NCBI GenBank assembly: GCA_965221165.1
Contig: CBDCRP010000003.1
Coordinates: forward strand, 1,056,001-1,120,000
Origin: a bacterium
Lineage (GTDB): Bacteria; UBA8248
Direction: 5' to 3'
Length of the DNA: 64,000 nt
A program made the position numbers and the translations under genes. The notes beneath the pieces are model-generated. The model was given only the letters and a program-made list of their open reading frames with translations, did not search any database and had not been told where the DNA came from. Below, in pieces: positions 18,989 through 28,606 of the stretch. Within the stretch, counting starts at the first letter, position 1; every line of letters begins with the position of its first letter.

Positions 18989-20068
18989 CTACGCGCCCGA
19001 TTCCTGGATGTGCGCGCAAAGATAATCGCCCACTTCCCTTGTATTCAGCGAACCGCCCAGGTCGGCCGTGGTCTTCTTCTCGCGGACGGCGGAGCGAACC
19101 GCCTCCCAGATCAGGTCCGCCGCATCCTCCATGCCCAGGGTGTTCAGCAGGATTCTTCCCGTCAGGCAGACCGCGAAGGGGTTGGCGATTCCCTTGAGCG
19201 CGATGTCGGGCGCGGTGCCGTGCACGGGCTCGAACATGCACACGCGACCCGGATGAATGCACCCCGAAGCCGCCATCCCCACGCCTCCCACGAGCCCCGC
19301 GCATAGATCGCTCAGGATGTCACCGAACATGTTGTTGGTGACGATGACGCCGAAATCCTCGGGCTTGTACAAGAGGTCCTGGCACAGCGTGTCGATGAAG
19401 TAATGTTCTCCCTCCACGTCGGGGAATTCCTCCGAGACTGCCCAGAAAACCCGCTGCCAGAGGCCGTGCGCGTGAATCAGGGAGCCGTGTTTGTCCGCCA
19501 TGGTCACCTTGGGGTAGTCGTGTTTTCGCGCATACTCGAAGGCGTAGCGGCAGATGCGCGAGACTCCCTTGTAGGTGTTGATGTCCTCCTGGATGGCGAC
19601 CTCATCGGGCGTCCCCTTCTTGAAGTTGCCGCCCACGCGCACGTTCACCCCTTCGGTGTTCTCGCGGACGACGACCAGGTCGATGGGCGCATCTTTCTTT
19701 AAGGGACAGAAATCGGGATGCAGCAGCGGCGCCGGCCGCAGGTTCACGTACAAATCGAGTTCGAAGCGAAGGGCGCGCAGGAGATCGCGGCAGTTCACGT
19801 CTTCAGGAATTCTGGGGTCGAGGCCCGCGCTGCCGAAGAGGATGGCGTCGTGCCTGGCCGCCAGCCCCCGCACCAGGCCTTCCACGTCTTCCGGCAGCGG
19901 GGTTCCGTGCTCGAGATAGTGGAGCGCGCCGTAGTCATACACTTGCGGCGAGACCGCCACCCCCGTCGCGCTTGCCGCCTCCCGGATCACCTCCGTCGCC
20001 ACGGGCAGCACGTCGTGCCCCACGCCGTCGCCCAGGATGACGGCCAGGGAAACCGTTTTTTCGCTCAT
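18989..20068 (-). CDS. Isocitrate/isopropylmalate/tartrate dehydrogenase family
   Basis: [41 protein letters not shown]. Confidence 0.92.
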   Translation of the reverse strand: MSEKTVSLAVILGDGVGHDVLPVATEVIREAASATGVAVSPQVYDYGALHYLEHGTPLPEDVEGLVRGLAARHDAILFGSAGLDPRIPEDVNCRDLLRALRFELDLYVNLRPAPLLHPDFCPLKKDAPIDLVVVRENTEGVNVRVGGNFKKGTPDEVAIQEDINTYKGVSRICRYAFEYARKHDYPKVTMADKHGSLIHAHGLWQRVFWAVSEEFPDVEGEHYFIDTLCQDLLYKPEDFGVIVTNNMFGDILSDLCAGLVGGVGMAASGCIHPGRVCMFEPVHGTAPDIALKGIANPFAVCLTGRILLNTLGMEDAADLIWEAVRSAVREKKTTADLGGSLNTREVGDYLCAHIQESGA

Positions 20069-20081
20069 CGCGTTCCCCCGA

Positions 20082-21257
20082 TCACAGGTGCTTGATGACT
20101 TTGATGCGCTGCACGGCGTCGCCTGCCAGATGCGTCCAGACGATCGCGTCGCGAACGAGTTTTTCCACGCCCACGTCCTTCATGACGCCCGCGCCCCCGT
20201 GGATGTCCATGCACAGGTGGGTGACGCGCTGGATGACGTCCGTCGCAAAGTTCATGAGCAGGATGTTGTGCTTCATATCGCGGTCCGCGCCCTTTTCGAG
20301 GTCGCACGCGGTGCGCATGACGTAGGAGCGCAGCGCTTCTGTGAGCATGTGCATCTCGGAGAGTTTGAGCTGAATGGCCTGGTGCTCGATGATGTATTTA
20401 CCGCCCTGCCAGCGCGTTCTGGCCTGGCGCATCGCCATGTCGACCGCCGCCTGGCACACGCCCAGCCCGTTGGAGGAAAGCTCGAGGTCGCCGAATTCGG
20501 ACGTATCGCCCTTTCTCGCCTGAATGCCCCGGTTCACCTCACCCACCACGTTGGCGTGCGGTACGCGGGCGTCCTCGAAAATAAGCTCCGCGTTCTGATA
20601 GAACCGCCAGCCTATTTTGTCGTACACCTTGCCGACGCGGAAACCAGGCGTATCCGTCGGCACCAGGAAGAGCGTGGTTCCCTGCGTGATGGGAGCGTCG
20701 GGGTCCGTTCTGCCGTCGATAAAAAAGAGCTTGCCCACGCTCCCGTTGGCGATGTAGCGCTTGCGGCCGTTCAGCACCCACTCGTCCCCATCGCGCACCG
20801 CCTTGAGCTTCCAGCCCGTTCTCGGGTCGTCCGAGGGCATGCGGTTGTCCGAACCCGCCGATTCTTCGGTTCCGCCTTTGCCGAGGAGGTAGGTGTCATC
20901 CGCCAGGAAAGGTTTCAAGAACCTGTCTTTCTGATCCTCCGTGCAGGCGGCGGCTATCAGGTGGCTCCACTTCCAGCACTGGCTGAATGTTTTCGATATA
21001 GCGCTGTCGCCGCGAGCGATTTCTTCCATCACCAGCGCCTGGGAGACGAAATCGATGCCGTGGCCTCCGCGTTCCTTGGGCACGACGGCGGTGCGAAAAC
21101 CGAGCCGGGAGCCTTTTTTGATGATCTCCCAGTCGAAGGTCTCGCGCGGGTCGGAAATCATGTCCCGCGCGAGCGATATGGGAGCGACTTCCTCGACAGC
21201 GAATCTCCTCGCCTTATCGCGCCACGCCTGCTGCTCTTCGTTCAGATTAAAATCCAT
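20082..21257 (-). CDS. Acyl-CoA dehydrogenase-fold flavoprotein
   Basis: TEESAGSD, WVLNGRKRYIANG, HQAIQLKL, IHGGAG, EKLVRDA. Confidence 0.9.
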   Translation of the reverse strand: MDFNLNEEQQAWRDKARRFAVEEVAPISLARDMISDPRETFDWEIIKKGSRLGFRTAVVPKERGGHGIDFVSQALVMEEIARGDSAISKTFSQCWKWSHLIAAACTEDQKDRFLKPFLADDTYLLGKGGTEESAGSDNRMPSDDPRTGWKLKAVRDGDEWVLNGRKRYIANGSVGKLFFIDGRTDPDAPITQGTTLFLVPTDTPGFRVGKVYDKIGWRFYQNAELIFEDARVPHANVVGEVNRGIQARKGDTSEFGDLELSSNGLGVCQAAVDMAMRQARTRWQGGKYIIEHQAIQLKLSEMHMLTEALRSYVMRTACDLEKGADRDMKHNILLMNFATDVIQRVTHLCMDIHGGAGVMKDVGVEKLVRDAIVWTHLAGDAVQRIKVIKHL

Positions 21258-21331
21258 ATAAATCAACCCTCATCAATGAAAGAATAGCGGGTCTTTTCAA
21301 CCCGCCCGTATTTTACGGAATCAGCGGAAAG

Positions 21332-22474
21332 CTAGACGGATACCCCCTGACTCAGGGGCAAAAACGCCTCATCCTCCTCATGCACCAGACCCAGTTCCCT
21401 CTCCATCTCGCGCACGAGCGGAATCACGTGTCTGCCTACGTTTTCGCATTCCCCGTGTAAGGGGAAGCCCGAGAGTATCAGCAAATCGATGCCCGCCTGT
21501 CCTATCTCGATAATTTTCTGCGCGCATTGTTCATAAGAACCCACGATGGCGACGGCCGAGCCCGAGCGAATCCGGCCCATGCCCGCCCACAGGTTGGGAC
21601 CCACCATCTCCTCGCGCGTGCGGGCCTGCTGATCCTTCGTGCCCTGGCTCTCGAACGAGGAGATGACCTTGCCCCGGTGCGCCAGCACCTCGGGGTCGAC
21701 CCGGCTCATCACCTCCTCGGCCGCCTCGAAGGCCTGGCTTTCAGTCTCGCGCGCGAAGATCTGAAAGCGCGTCACATACTTGAGCGCGCGCGTACGCCCG
21801 GCGCGCTCGCATTTGTCGTTCATGTGCCGGACGCGCCCGGCCACCTGCTCGGGGGTTTCTCCCCAGAAGACCGAATACTCCGCCCGCCGGACCGCGATGT
21901 CCTGCGCTATCTCGGAAGCCCCGGCCATGAAGAAGGGAATCCTCGGCTTCTGCACGGGGCGGGGATAGACGGTGGCGTCTTCCAGGCGGTAGAACTTGCC
22001 CGCAAACGAGTATTTATCTTTAGTCCAGAGGCCTTCCAGAATTTCGAGAAACTCATCCGTGCGCTCATAGCGCGTATCGTGGTCGAGCGTTTCGCCATAG
22101 TTCGCGAGCGCGCCGCCTCCCGTCACGACGTTGTAGAGAATGCGCCCGCCCGTGAGCTCGTCGAGAGAGGCCATCATCCGCGCGCAGATGGCCGGGTCGA
22201 TGATTCCCACCCGCACCGCCAGAAGGAGCTTTATCGTCTTCGTGGCCGGGCCGATGACCGCGGCGTTCACCATGCTGTCCCACGTGGGGGCCTGCGGCCC
22301 GTAGTGGCCGCTCACCTGCGAGGTGGGCACCAGGATGGTGGTGAAGCCGCTGCGCTCGGCGTTTTGCGCGATGCGGGTGAAGGTCTCGTAGCTCGGGGGA
22401 TGGTCGGCGAATTTCTGGCCGATGTGCGCGCTGTCGCCGTCACACGACATGTACCATGCAAGCTCTATGGCCAT
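21332..22474 (-). CDS. LLM-class flavin-dependent monooxygenase (SsuD-like)
   Basis: AERSGF, SLDELTGGRILYNVVTG, PRPVQKP, PNLWAG, AIVGSYEQ. Confidence 0.9.
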   Translation of the reverse strand: MAIELAWYMSCDGDSAHIGQKFADHPPSYETFTRIAQNAERSGFTTILVPTSQVSGHYGPQAPTWDSMVNAAVIGPATKTIKLLLAVRVGIIDPAICARMMASLDELTGGRILYNVVTGGGALANYGETLDHDTRYERTDEFLEILEGLWTKDKYSFAGKFYRLEDATVYPRPVQKPRIPFFMAGASEIAQDIAVRRAEYSVFWGETPEQVAGRVRHMNDKCERAGRTRALKYVTRFQIFARETESQAFEAAEEVMSRVDPEVLAHRGKVISSFESQGTKDQQARTREEMVGPNLWAGMGRIRSGSAVAIVGSYEQCAQKIIEIGQAGIDLLILSGFPLHGECENVGRHVIPLVREMERELGLVHEEDEAFLPLSQGVSV

Positions 22475-22614
22475 GAAGCTCTCTCCGGGTATATTTCCGT
22501 TCCCTTGAATGAAGAGCCAGTATATCCCCCCGGAGGGCTTTTCGTCACATGGAGTCGGCGATTCGCGCGCGGGGGTTGTGCAACGCTTTCCCCGCACCCG
22601 GCATCTTCTCCTTA

Positions 22615-22797
22615 CCCTGAGTAGCCGCCGGAGGCGGCGTATCGAAGGGCGCTCCCTCGATACGGCCCTTCGGGCCTACTCGGGATGAGGCCGTGATGTT
22701 TTCATATCCCGGTTTTCTCAACACCCTTTCCTCATCCAACTTCTTCACCCTGAGTAGCGGCAAAGCCGCGTATCGAAGGGCCCATTCGGGATGAGGG
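22615..22797. repeat. CCCTGAGTAGC...GTATCGAAGGG palindromic repeat cluster
   Basis: Two direct copies (22615, 22748) and one inverted partner CCCTCGATACGGCCCTTCGGGCCTACTCGGGATGAGG. Confidence 0.8.
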
Positions 22798-22832
22798 TAT
22801 GTGTTCCCTCACCGGCTTTCCCAGCAATCCCT

Positions 22833-22980
22833 TCACCCTTTCCGCTTGAAATCCTCCTTCGCCGCCCGCTTCAGCCGAAGCCGGTCCCCGTCGATCAGGG
22901 CGCGTTTATTTCGACGCGACCAGCCCTTGATCCGGCGCTCCGCCGCGACGGCGTCCCCCCGTGGAGAAAACCCGCAGGCC
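22833..22980 (-). pseudogene. C-terminal remnant of YhbQ-like GIY-YIG nuclease
   Basis: Hand translation ...DAVAAERRIKGWSRRNKRALIDGDRLRLKRAAKEDFKRKG*. Confidence 0.75.
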
Positions 22981-23005
22981 GGACACATCTGCATATATGC
23001 GGACC

Positions 23006-23866
23006 TCATCCCTCCAGGAACGCGCTGATCTGGCGTCGGTAGTCCGGGTCGTTCATGTATTTTTTCATGAAATCGCCCGAGGGGATGTTTTCCAGATCTT
23101 CCGGCTGCGCGCCTTCCCTGAGCGCCTTTAACGTGGCATAGGCCGCCTGCGCCGCCGCCATGATGGGCTGGTGGCCCTGGAGCGCGACGCGCACGCCCAT
23201 ATCTCCGAGATAATCCAGCCCGCGCACCTCCTTGGCGCTCCCGCCCAGTATGATGGGGAGGCTCACCGCATCCGAGATGGCTTCCAGCTGCGCGCGGCTC
23301 TGGACCCCCACCACGAAGATGGCGTCCACCCCCGCCGCCTCATACGCCGTAACGCGCGCGACGGCGTCTTCGGTACCCGAGACGCGCGGCGCGCTCGTCC
23401 TGCCCGCGATGACGAGGTTCTCATCCCCGCGTCCCTCTAAAGCGGCGCGCATCTTGCCGACGCCCTCCTCAATCGTGCTGAGCTGCGCAGCCCCGGCGCC
23501 GAAGGGTTGGGGGAGTATCGTGTCCTCTATCGAGAGGCCCGCCACGCCGGCGGTTTCGAGTTCCTCGACCGTCCTCTTCACGTTCAGCGCGTTGCCGTAG
23601 CCGTGATCGGCGTCCACAAGCAGGGGAACCCCGGTTGCGCGGTTGATCCGCAGCGCCTGGGCGGCGAATTCCGTCAACGTCAACAAGATGATGTCGGGCG
23701 CGCCCAGCACGGTGAGCGAAGCGGTGGAGCCTGCGAACATCCCGACCTCGAAGCCCAAATCCTCCGCCATGCGCGCGGTGAGCGGGTCATACACCGAACC
23801 GGGATGCACGCACCCGTCGCCTTCGAGTAGGGCGCGGAATTTCTCCCGCCTTGGTGTCCAGTTCAT
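23006..23866 (-). CDS. Isocitrate lyase/PEP mutase family (oxaloacetate decarboxylase-like)
   Basis: GSVYDP, MFAGSTAS, VDADHGYGNALNV, SIEDT. Confidence 0.9.
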   Translation of the reverse strand: MNWTPRREKFRALLEGDGCVHPGSVYDPLTARMAEDLGFEVGMFAGSTASLTVLGAPDIILLTLTEFAAQALRINRATGVPLLVDADHGYGNALNVKRTVEELETAGVAGLSIEDTILPQPFGAGAAQLSTIEEGVGKMRAALEGRGDENLVIAGRTSAPRVSGTEDAVARVTAYEAAGVDAIFVVGVQSRAQLEAISDAVSLPIILGGSAKEVRGLDYLGDMGVRVALQGHQPIMAAAQAAYATLKALREGAQPEDLENIPSGDFMKKYMNDPDYRRQISAFLEG

Positions 23867-23906
23867 ATCGAGTCCATCTCCCGCTCAAAGGTGAAACCAT
23901 GCCGGC

Positions 23907-24299
23907 TCATATGACCTCCCGCCCGCCGTCCGAATAGGTAACCTTCATCGTCACGGAACCTTCGTTCATCAGCCAGGGACGTATGGTGAACGCGCGCGCC
24001 CCGCTTGCGTGCATGGGGTCCGATGCGGCGATTTCTCTCGCCTCCGCCAGAGAACCTGCGCGAATGATGATCATCCCCTCTCCCTCCCAGCGCTGCTCAT
24101 CCTCCGTCCAGAAGGGCCCCGCGCCGAACATGATGCCCTTTTGTTCGAGTTCAACCTGAAACTTCAAGTGATCCTCCAGATTCTCCATCACCGGCCCCAG
24201 ACCGTTCGCCGGTTTCGTGAAATACACGTACATCTGCTTTTGCAGACAGCCCGCGCTTGCGTTCAGCACGTCCTGCGCGCTGATTTGCGGCTCGCTCAT
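23907..24299 (-). CDS. YciI family protein
   Basis: HLKFQ, FGAGP, GMIIIRA, DPMH, RPWLMNEG. Confidence 0.85.
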   Translation of the reverse strand: MSEPQISAQDVLNASAGCLQKQMYVYFTKPANGLGPVMENLEDHLKFQVELEQKGIMFGAGPFWTEDEQRWEGEGMIIIRAGSLAEAREIAASDPMHASGARAFTIRPWLMNEGSVTMKVTYSDGGREVI

Positions 24300-24489
24300 G
24301 CTTCGCTCCTGTATGAGAGATGGTGAGTATGATGTCGATTCCAAGAGGGGCCACTATAGCATTTTTCATCCCCCCGGCCAGCGTCTCGGGGGTGTGGTGA
24401 GCCGGGGGAAGGCATGGTCTATTGCGCAAGATGCGCCCTTGCGTCCTTCCCATGTGTCCACCCTTACACGAGGTTCCACAAGTCCCGTC

Positions 24490-24848
24490 CCGTAGGGACG
24501 AACCCCTCCTCGGGGTCGTCCCACAGGCCCGCGCGCCTGTCCCCGTCGTATCCACACAAGAGGAGGGACAACCACGGGGGGTTGTCCCTACAACAATCGA
24601 ATTCGCCCACCGTGTTGTCATTCCGGCGCCATTTCCGACCGCAAAGGGGAGGGTTTGTACCGGCTGAGGAGGAGAGGCTGCTCGACCGGGGAGAAGTTTG
24701 CCCGTCATTCCGGTGTCATTTTCGACCGAGGAGGGAGGAAATGCCAGAATCCAGGCGCACGAGAAATCTCACCTGTTCTGGATTCCCGCTTTCGCGGGAA
24801 TGACGATCAAAAACAAAAACAGGGCAGACACACAGGTCCACCTCTACG
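24490..24848. repeat. Mixed REP-like cluster (GTAG type and GTCATTCC/GGAATGAC type)
   Basis: GTAGGGAC...GTCCCTAC pair; GTCATTCCGG...CTGGATTCCCGCTTTCGCGGGAATGAC; partial CCGACCGCAAAGGGAGGGTTTGT unit. Confidence 0.75.
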
Positions 24849-24862
24849 GCAAACACCGCGCG

Positions 24863-25417
24863 TCAGGTCCGGGCACTGCGAACCGTCTCGATACTGATGA
24901 ACATTCTCAGCGGACGCGCCGGCAACGGCTGAAACCCCATGGCGGCGTAGAACGCGCGGCGTTTTTCCGTGATCTCGGGGCCGCCGTCCTCAATCACGTC
25001 GAGCACCACGGCCTTGAGCCCGATCTGATCGGCGGCAGCCGCCGCGCGGTTCAACCCGACCGCGAGAAGAATGCGTCCAAGGCCCTGGCCCTGATGGCGG
25101 CGGTCGACTGCGATCATCGAGAGATAGACGGCCGGGATGCCGCCGGAGCGGGGCGCGCTCCTCGTCATATTCGCCGGGAGGTCGTCGCCTTCGAGCGAAT
25201 GGGCGTTCAGGGCGTAAAACCCGAGAATTTCGGCTCGCTCGCCTTCGGTCGCCACCCAGACCCGCGTGAAGCCTCCCGCCTGGTGTTTCCCGGCGGTGCG
25301 TTTGAGAAAGTTGTCGAGCCGGTCGGTTCCACAGGAAAAAGCCGCCCGATCGTGTTTTTGCGGGTCGAGCGGCTCGATGGATATCCCTTGCGGATTGGCG
25401 GCGGCCTCAGCCGCCAT
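24863..25417 (-). CDS. GNAT acetyltransferase toxin (TacT/AtaT-like)
   Basis: HDRAAFSCG, LDNFL, ILGFYAL, AVDRRHQGQGLG, FYAAMGF. Confidence 0.92.
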   Translation of the reverse strand: MAAEAAANPQGISIEPLDPQKHDRAAFSCGTDRLDNFLKRTAGKHQAGGFTRVWVATEGERAEILGFYALNAHSLEGDDLPANMTRSAPRSGGIPAVYLSMIAVDRRHQGQGLGRILLAVGLNRAAAAADQIGLKAVVLDVIEDGGPEITEKRRAFYAAMGFQPLPARPLRMFISIETVRSART

Positions 25418-25724
25418 GCGTCACCCGTGCGCCGTGCAGGGCCATCGCCTCGCGCAAGGCTTCGGTCGGCTCCGCAGGCGCATCGAGAGCGGCGAGTATC
25501 ACACCGCGGTCTTCTGCCGAGAGAAGCGTGCGCTCATGATCGGCAATCGTACTCCGGGCGCGCTCTAACGCCGCGCTGGTCACGAAAGTCGTCTCGTCGA
25601 CGCCGAGCAGGGCCGCCGCCTGCTGGATCTGCGCTTTGACGTGCGGTTTGGTGCGCTGTTCCATGCGCGCCGTCTTCGGCTCGTCGATGGCGGCCGCAGG
25701 GTCTTGGAAGTTCAGCATTGCCAT
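25407..25724 (-). CDS. DUF1778 RHH antitoxin (TacA/AtaR-like)
   Basis: KTARMEQR, IQQAAALLG, FVTSAA, LDAPAEPTEAL; overlaps the GNAT start. Confidence 0.92.
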   Translation of the reverse strand: MAMLNFQDPAAAIDEPKTARMEQRTKPHVKAQIQQAAALLGVDETTFVTSAALERARSTIADHERTLLSAEDRGVILAALDAPAEPTEALREAMALHGARVTHGG

Positions 25725-25804
25725 GTCTCCTTTGCTTCCGCTAATGTACGGCATATTGCCGGACGCTGCAAGCCAGCATCATCTCCCGAGGGGGTAGAGG
25801 AACA

Positions 25805-26257
25805 TCAGGTGAGCGGGTCCGCGCATTCCTCCCTGCGCACCGCGCCGCCCACGACGATGGCCGCGCTCAAGAGGATGAGGTTCTTGATGATGTATTGCCC
25901 CTCGAGCGTGGGGGCGAAGGGAATCTGCGCGAAGCAGACCTCGGGCAGGAGAAACAGCGGCAGAATCGTCCCCGGCATTTGCAGGAAAAGCAGGAACAGG
26001 GCCACGCGGATGAGCGGGCGGAAGAGCAGCCCTACCCCTATCGCCACCTCCCACCAGCCGAGCAGGGGGATGAAGAAATCGGGCGGCAGCCAATAGACCG
26101 TGCGGCGCACGAGCTCGGCCGCGGCGCTAAGGCCCAAAGGTTTCAGGATACCGAACCAGATGAAGACGACGGCGAGCGATATCCTCAGGAACAGGCGCCC
26201 GTAGCGGTTCATCCAGCCCGAGATGTGGCGATCGATTTCGTCGATGTACGTGATCAA
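25805..26257 (-). CDS. DoxX/DUF417-like membrane protein (start uncertain)
   Basis: LRISLAVVFIWFGILK, EVAIG, PTLEGQYIIKN. Confidence 0.8.
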   Translation of the reverse strand: MITYIDEIDRHISGWMNRYGRLFLRISLAVVFIWFGILKPLGLSAAAELVRRTVYWLPPDFFIPLLGWWEVAIGVGLLFRPLIRVALFLLFLQMPGTILPLFLLPEVCFAQIPFAPTLEGQYIIKNLILLSAAIVVGGAVRREECADPLT

Positions 26258-26549
26258 GGGAGTTCCGTCCCGGCGGCGGGATACGAGCGGACCACGCCCC
26301 TGAATATAGCCGTTTATCGCGCCTGTGGAAATTCCCGAGTGCCTAAAACCATCCGGGCGAGACGCTTTTCCCTCCCCTTCACCGGATGCCTGAGCAGGGA
26401 AGACGCAACAGCCATAAATTCTCCAAATTGAAAAATGCGGGCCGTTGTCGCATAATTTCTCCATAGTTGCTTATGCGGAAACATAAAAAGAGCGGGCGGC
26501 CGGCGTCTTTTGATTTGCGCCGTCCTATCCTCAAAACCGGGAGGTTTAT

Positions 26550-28277
26550 ATGATTATCGAACGTGATCTGCCCGTCGAGATGGACGACGGGGTGGTGCTG
26601 CGGGTGGACGTCTACAGGCCCGACACCAAGGAAAAGGTGCCCATCGTCATGGCCGGCGGCCCCTACGGCAAGGGAGTCAAGTATCAGGAGCACTACAAGC
26701 CGCTCTGGGATTCGCTGGTGAAGATGCACCCCGACATACTGGAGGGCTCCCAGCACCGCTGGCTCACCTGGGAGACGGTGGACCCTGAAATATGGGTGCC
26801 CTGGGGTTACGCCTGCGTACGCTTCGATTCGCGCGGCGCGGGACGCTCGCCCGGTTATCTCGATATTTTCTCCCCGCGCGAGACCAAGGATTTCGCCATC
26901 GCCATCGAATGGGCGGGCCAACAGAAGTGGTCGAACGGCAAGGTCGGGCTGAACGGCGTCTCCTATTACGCCATCAACCAGTGGCAGGTCGCCGTCTTAC
27001 AGCCCAAACACCTCACCGCCATGATCCCCTGGGAGGGCGCCGCCGACCACTACCGAGACTGGGCGCGGCACGGCGGCATCCTCTCGAACAAGTTCATGGA
27101 AATCTGGTATCCGCGCCAGGTCGAGGCGGTGCAGCACGGCAATCCCAAGGGTCCGCGCGACCACTGGATGAAGACGCGCTCGACGGGCCCGGCGACGCTC
27201 TCCAGGGATGAACTCGCGGAGAATCGGGCCAACACGCTCGAGAACTCCCTGGTCCGCGAGATGGACGACGACTGGTACCGCTCCCGATCGCCCGATTGGT
27301 CGAAAGTGAAGGTTCCCTTCCTCAGCGCGGCGAGCTGGGCGGGTTTCGGCCTGCACCCGCGCGGGAATTTCGAGGCCTTCACGCAAGCGGCGGCGAAAGA
27401 GAAGTGGCTCGAAGCGCATCCGGGCAGGCACGAGGAGTGGTTTTATCTCGAATACGGGATGCAGCTCCAAAAACGCTTTTTCGACTACTATCTCAAAGGG
27501 GAGAGCAACGGCTGGGAGAAGGAGCCGCGCGTGTGGTTGAACCTCAGGCGTCCTTTCACCGACGAGGTGGAGCTCCGCAAAGAGCATGAATGGCCGCTCA
27601 AAGGCACGAAATGGACGAAGCTCTATCTCCACGCGGGCGGCAAGGGAAGGCTCCGCTGGAACGCGCCCAAGGCCAAGCGCTCCAAGACCTTCCGCGCGCT
27701 GACGCGCGGCGTCACCCTCATGACGGCGCCGCTCAAGGAGGAGACCGAGATCACGGGCCCGATGGCGGCCAAGCTCTTCGTCTCCTCATCCACGCGGGAT
27801 GCGGATTTGTTCGTCACCGTCCAGGCGTTCTCGCCCAAGGGACGCGAAGTGTATTTCCAGGGCACGGTGGACCCCAAGACGCCGCTCGCCCAGGGCTGGC
27901 TGCGCGCTTCGCACCGCAAGCTGGACACGGAGCTATCCGAACCCTGGCGGCCCTACCACACGCATGACGACAAACAGCCGCTCATACCGGAGCGGATTTA
28001 CGAACTCGACATCGAAATCTGGCCCCAGTGCATCGTGCTGCCGAAAGGCTTCCAACTGTCCGTCAACATCGCCGGGCAGGATTTCGACCGGCCGGGCCCT
28101 GCGGTCCAGGCCTACGTGCCCTCGCGCGGTTCGGGACCGTTCTTACACGATCATCCCGTCGACCGCTCGAAAGAAGTCTTCGGCGGGCGCACCACCCTGC
28201 ACACGGGCCCGAACCACCCATCGCACCTGCTCGTGCCGATTATCCCCAAAAGACGGCTGGGCGCAGTGGCGAAGTAA
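26550..28277 (+). CDS. CocE/NonD family serine hydrolase
   Basis: MDDGVVLRVDVYRP, DSRGAGRSPG, WSNGKVGLNGVSY. Confidence 0.93.
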   Translation: MIIERDLPVEMDDGVVLRVDVYRPDTKEKVPIVMAGGPYGKGVKYQEHYKPLWDSLVKMHPDILEGSQHRWLTWETVDPEIWVPWGYACVRFDSRGAGRSPGYLDIFSPRETKDFAIAIEWAGQQKWSNGKVGLNGVSYYAINQWQVAVLQPKHLTAMIPWEGAADHYRDWARHGGILSNKFMEIWYPRQVEAVQHGNPKGPRDHWMKTRSTGPATLSRDELAENRANTLENSLVREMDDDWYRSRSPDWSKVKVPFLSAASWAGFGLHPRGNFEAFTQAAAKEKWLEAHPGRHEEWFYLEYGMQLQKRFFDYYLKGESNGWEKEPRVWLNLRRPFTDEVELRKEHEWPLKGTKWTKLYLHAGGKGRLRWNAPKAKRSKTFRALTRGVTLMTAPLKEETEITGPMAAKLFVSSSTRDADLFVTVQAFSPKGREVYFQGTVDPKTPLAQGWLRASHRKLDTELSEPWRPYHTHDDKQPLIPERIYELDIEIWPQCIVLPKGFQLSVNIAGQDFDRPGPAVQAYVPSRGSGPFLHDHPVDRSKEVFGGRTTLHTGPNHPSHLLVPIIPKRRLGAVAK

Positions 28278-28328
28278 AGGTTGGTGATGAAGCGAGGTTT
28301 TGTGTAACACGTAAATAAAAGCAAAATT

Positions 28329-28362
28329 CATCAGGCCAGGGGTTTCGGCCCCTGGCCTGATG
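28329..28362. terminator. Perfect 14-bp hairpin after the CocE gene
   Basis: CATCAGGCCAGGGG-TTTCGG-CCCCTGGCCTGATG; no clear U-tract. Confidence 0.5.
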
Positions 28363-28475
28363 TCTCAAGCGGACACCGCGCCTCGTGGAAGGCCGGCACC
28401 CAAGCCACAATCGTGTCGTAGAACTGTCCGATGCGCCGACAAGGGACGCCGGAACGCCGAGACCCTGATACCCGT

Positions 28476-28504
28476 TTGACTTTGTAAAGATGACGGCTTA
28501 TGTT
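28476..28504 (+). promoter_or_regulatory. Sigma70-like promoter
   Basis: TTGACT-N17-TATGTT. Confidence 0.65.
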
Positions 28505-28508
28505 CGTC

Positions 28509-28586
28509 ATGAGGCGCAATCCTGGATGTCATGACAGGGTTGCCCTTCATTCCGAGACCCACGCTCCGGCGTGGGTTTTCGTGTTT
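28509..28586 (+). ncRNA. Candidate structured RNA (hairpin + intrinsic terminator) upstream of DUF3800
   Basis: Stem ATGAGGcGCAATCCTG/CAGGGTTGCcCTTCAT with loop GATGTCATGA, then GAGACCCACGC-TCCG-GCGTGGGTTTTC. Confidence 0.6.
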
Positions 28587-28606
28587 CTGCGACCTTGAGT
28601 TGATTA

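Noticed and set aside
28363-28470. attL or integrase remnant for the tRNA-Val islet
   Set aside because: No copy of the tRNA 3' end and no recognisable recombinase motif
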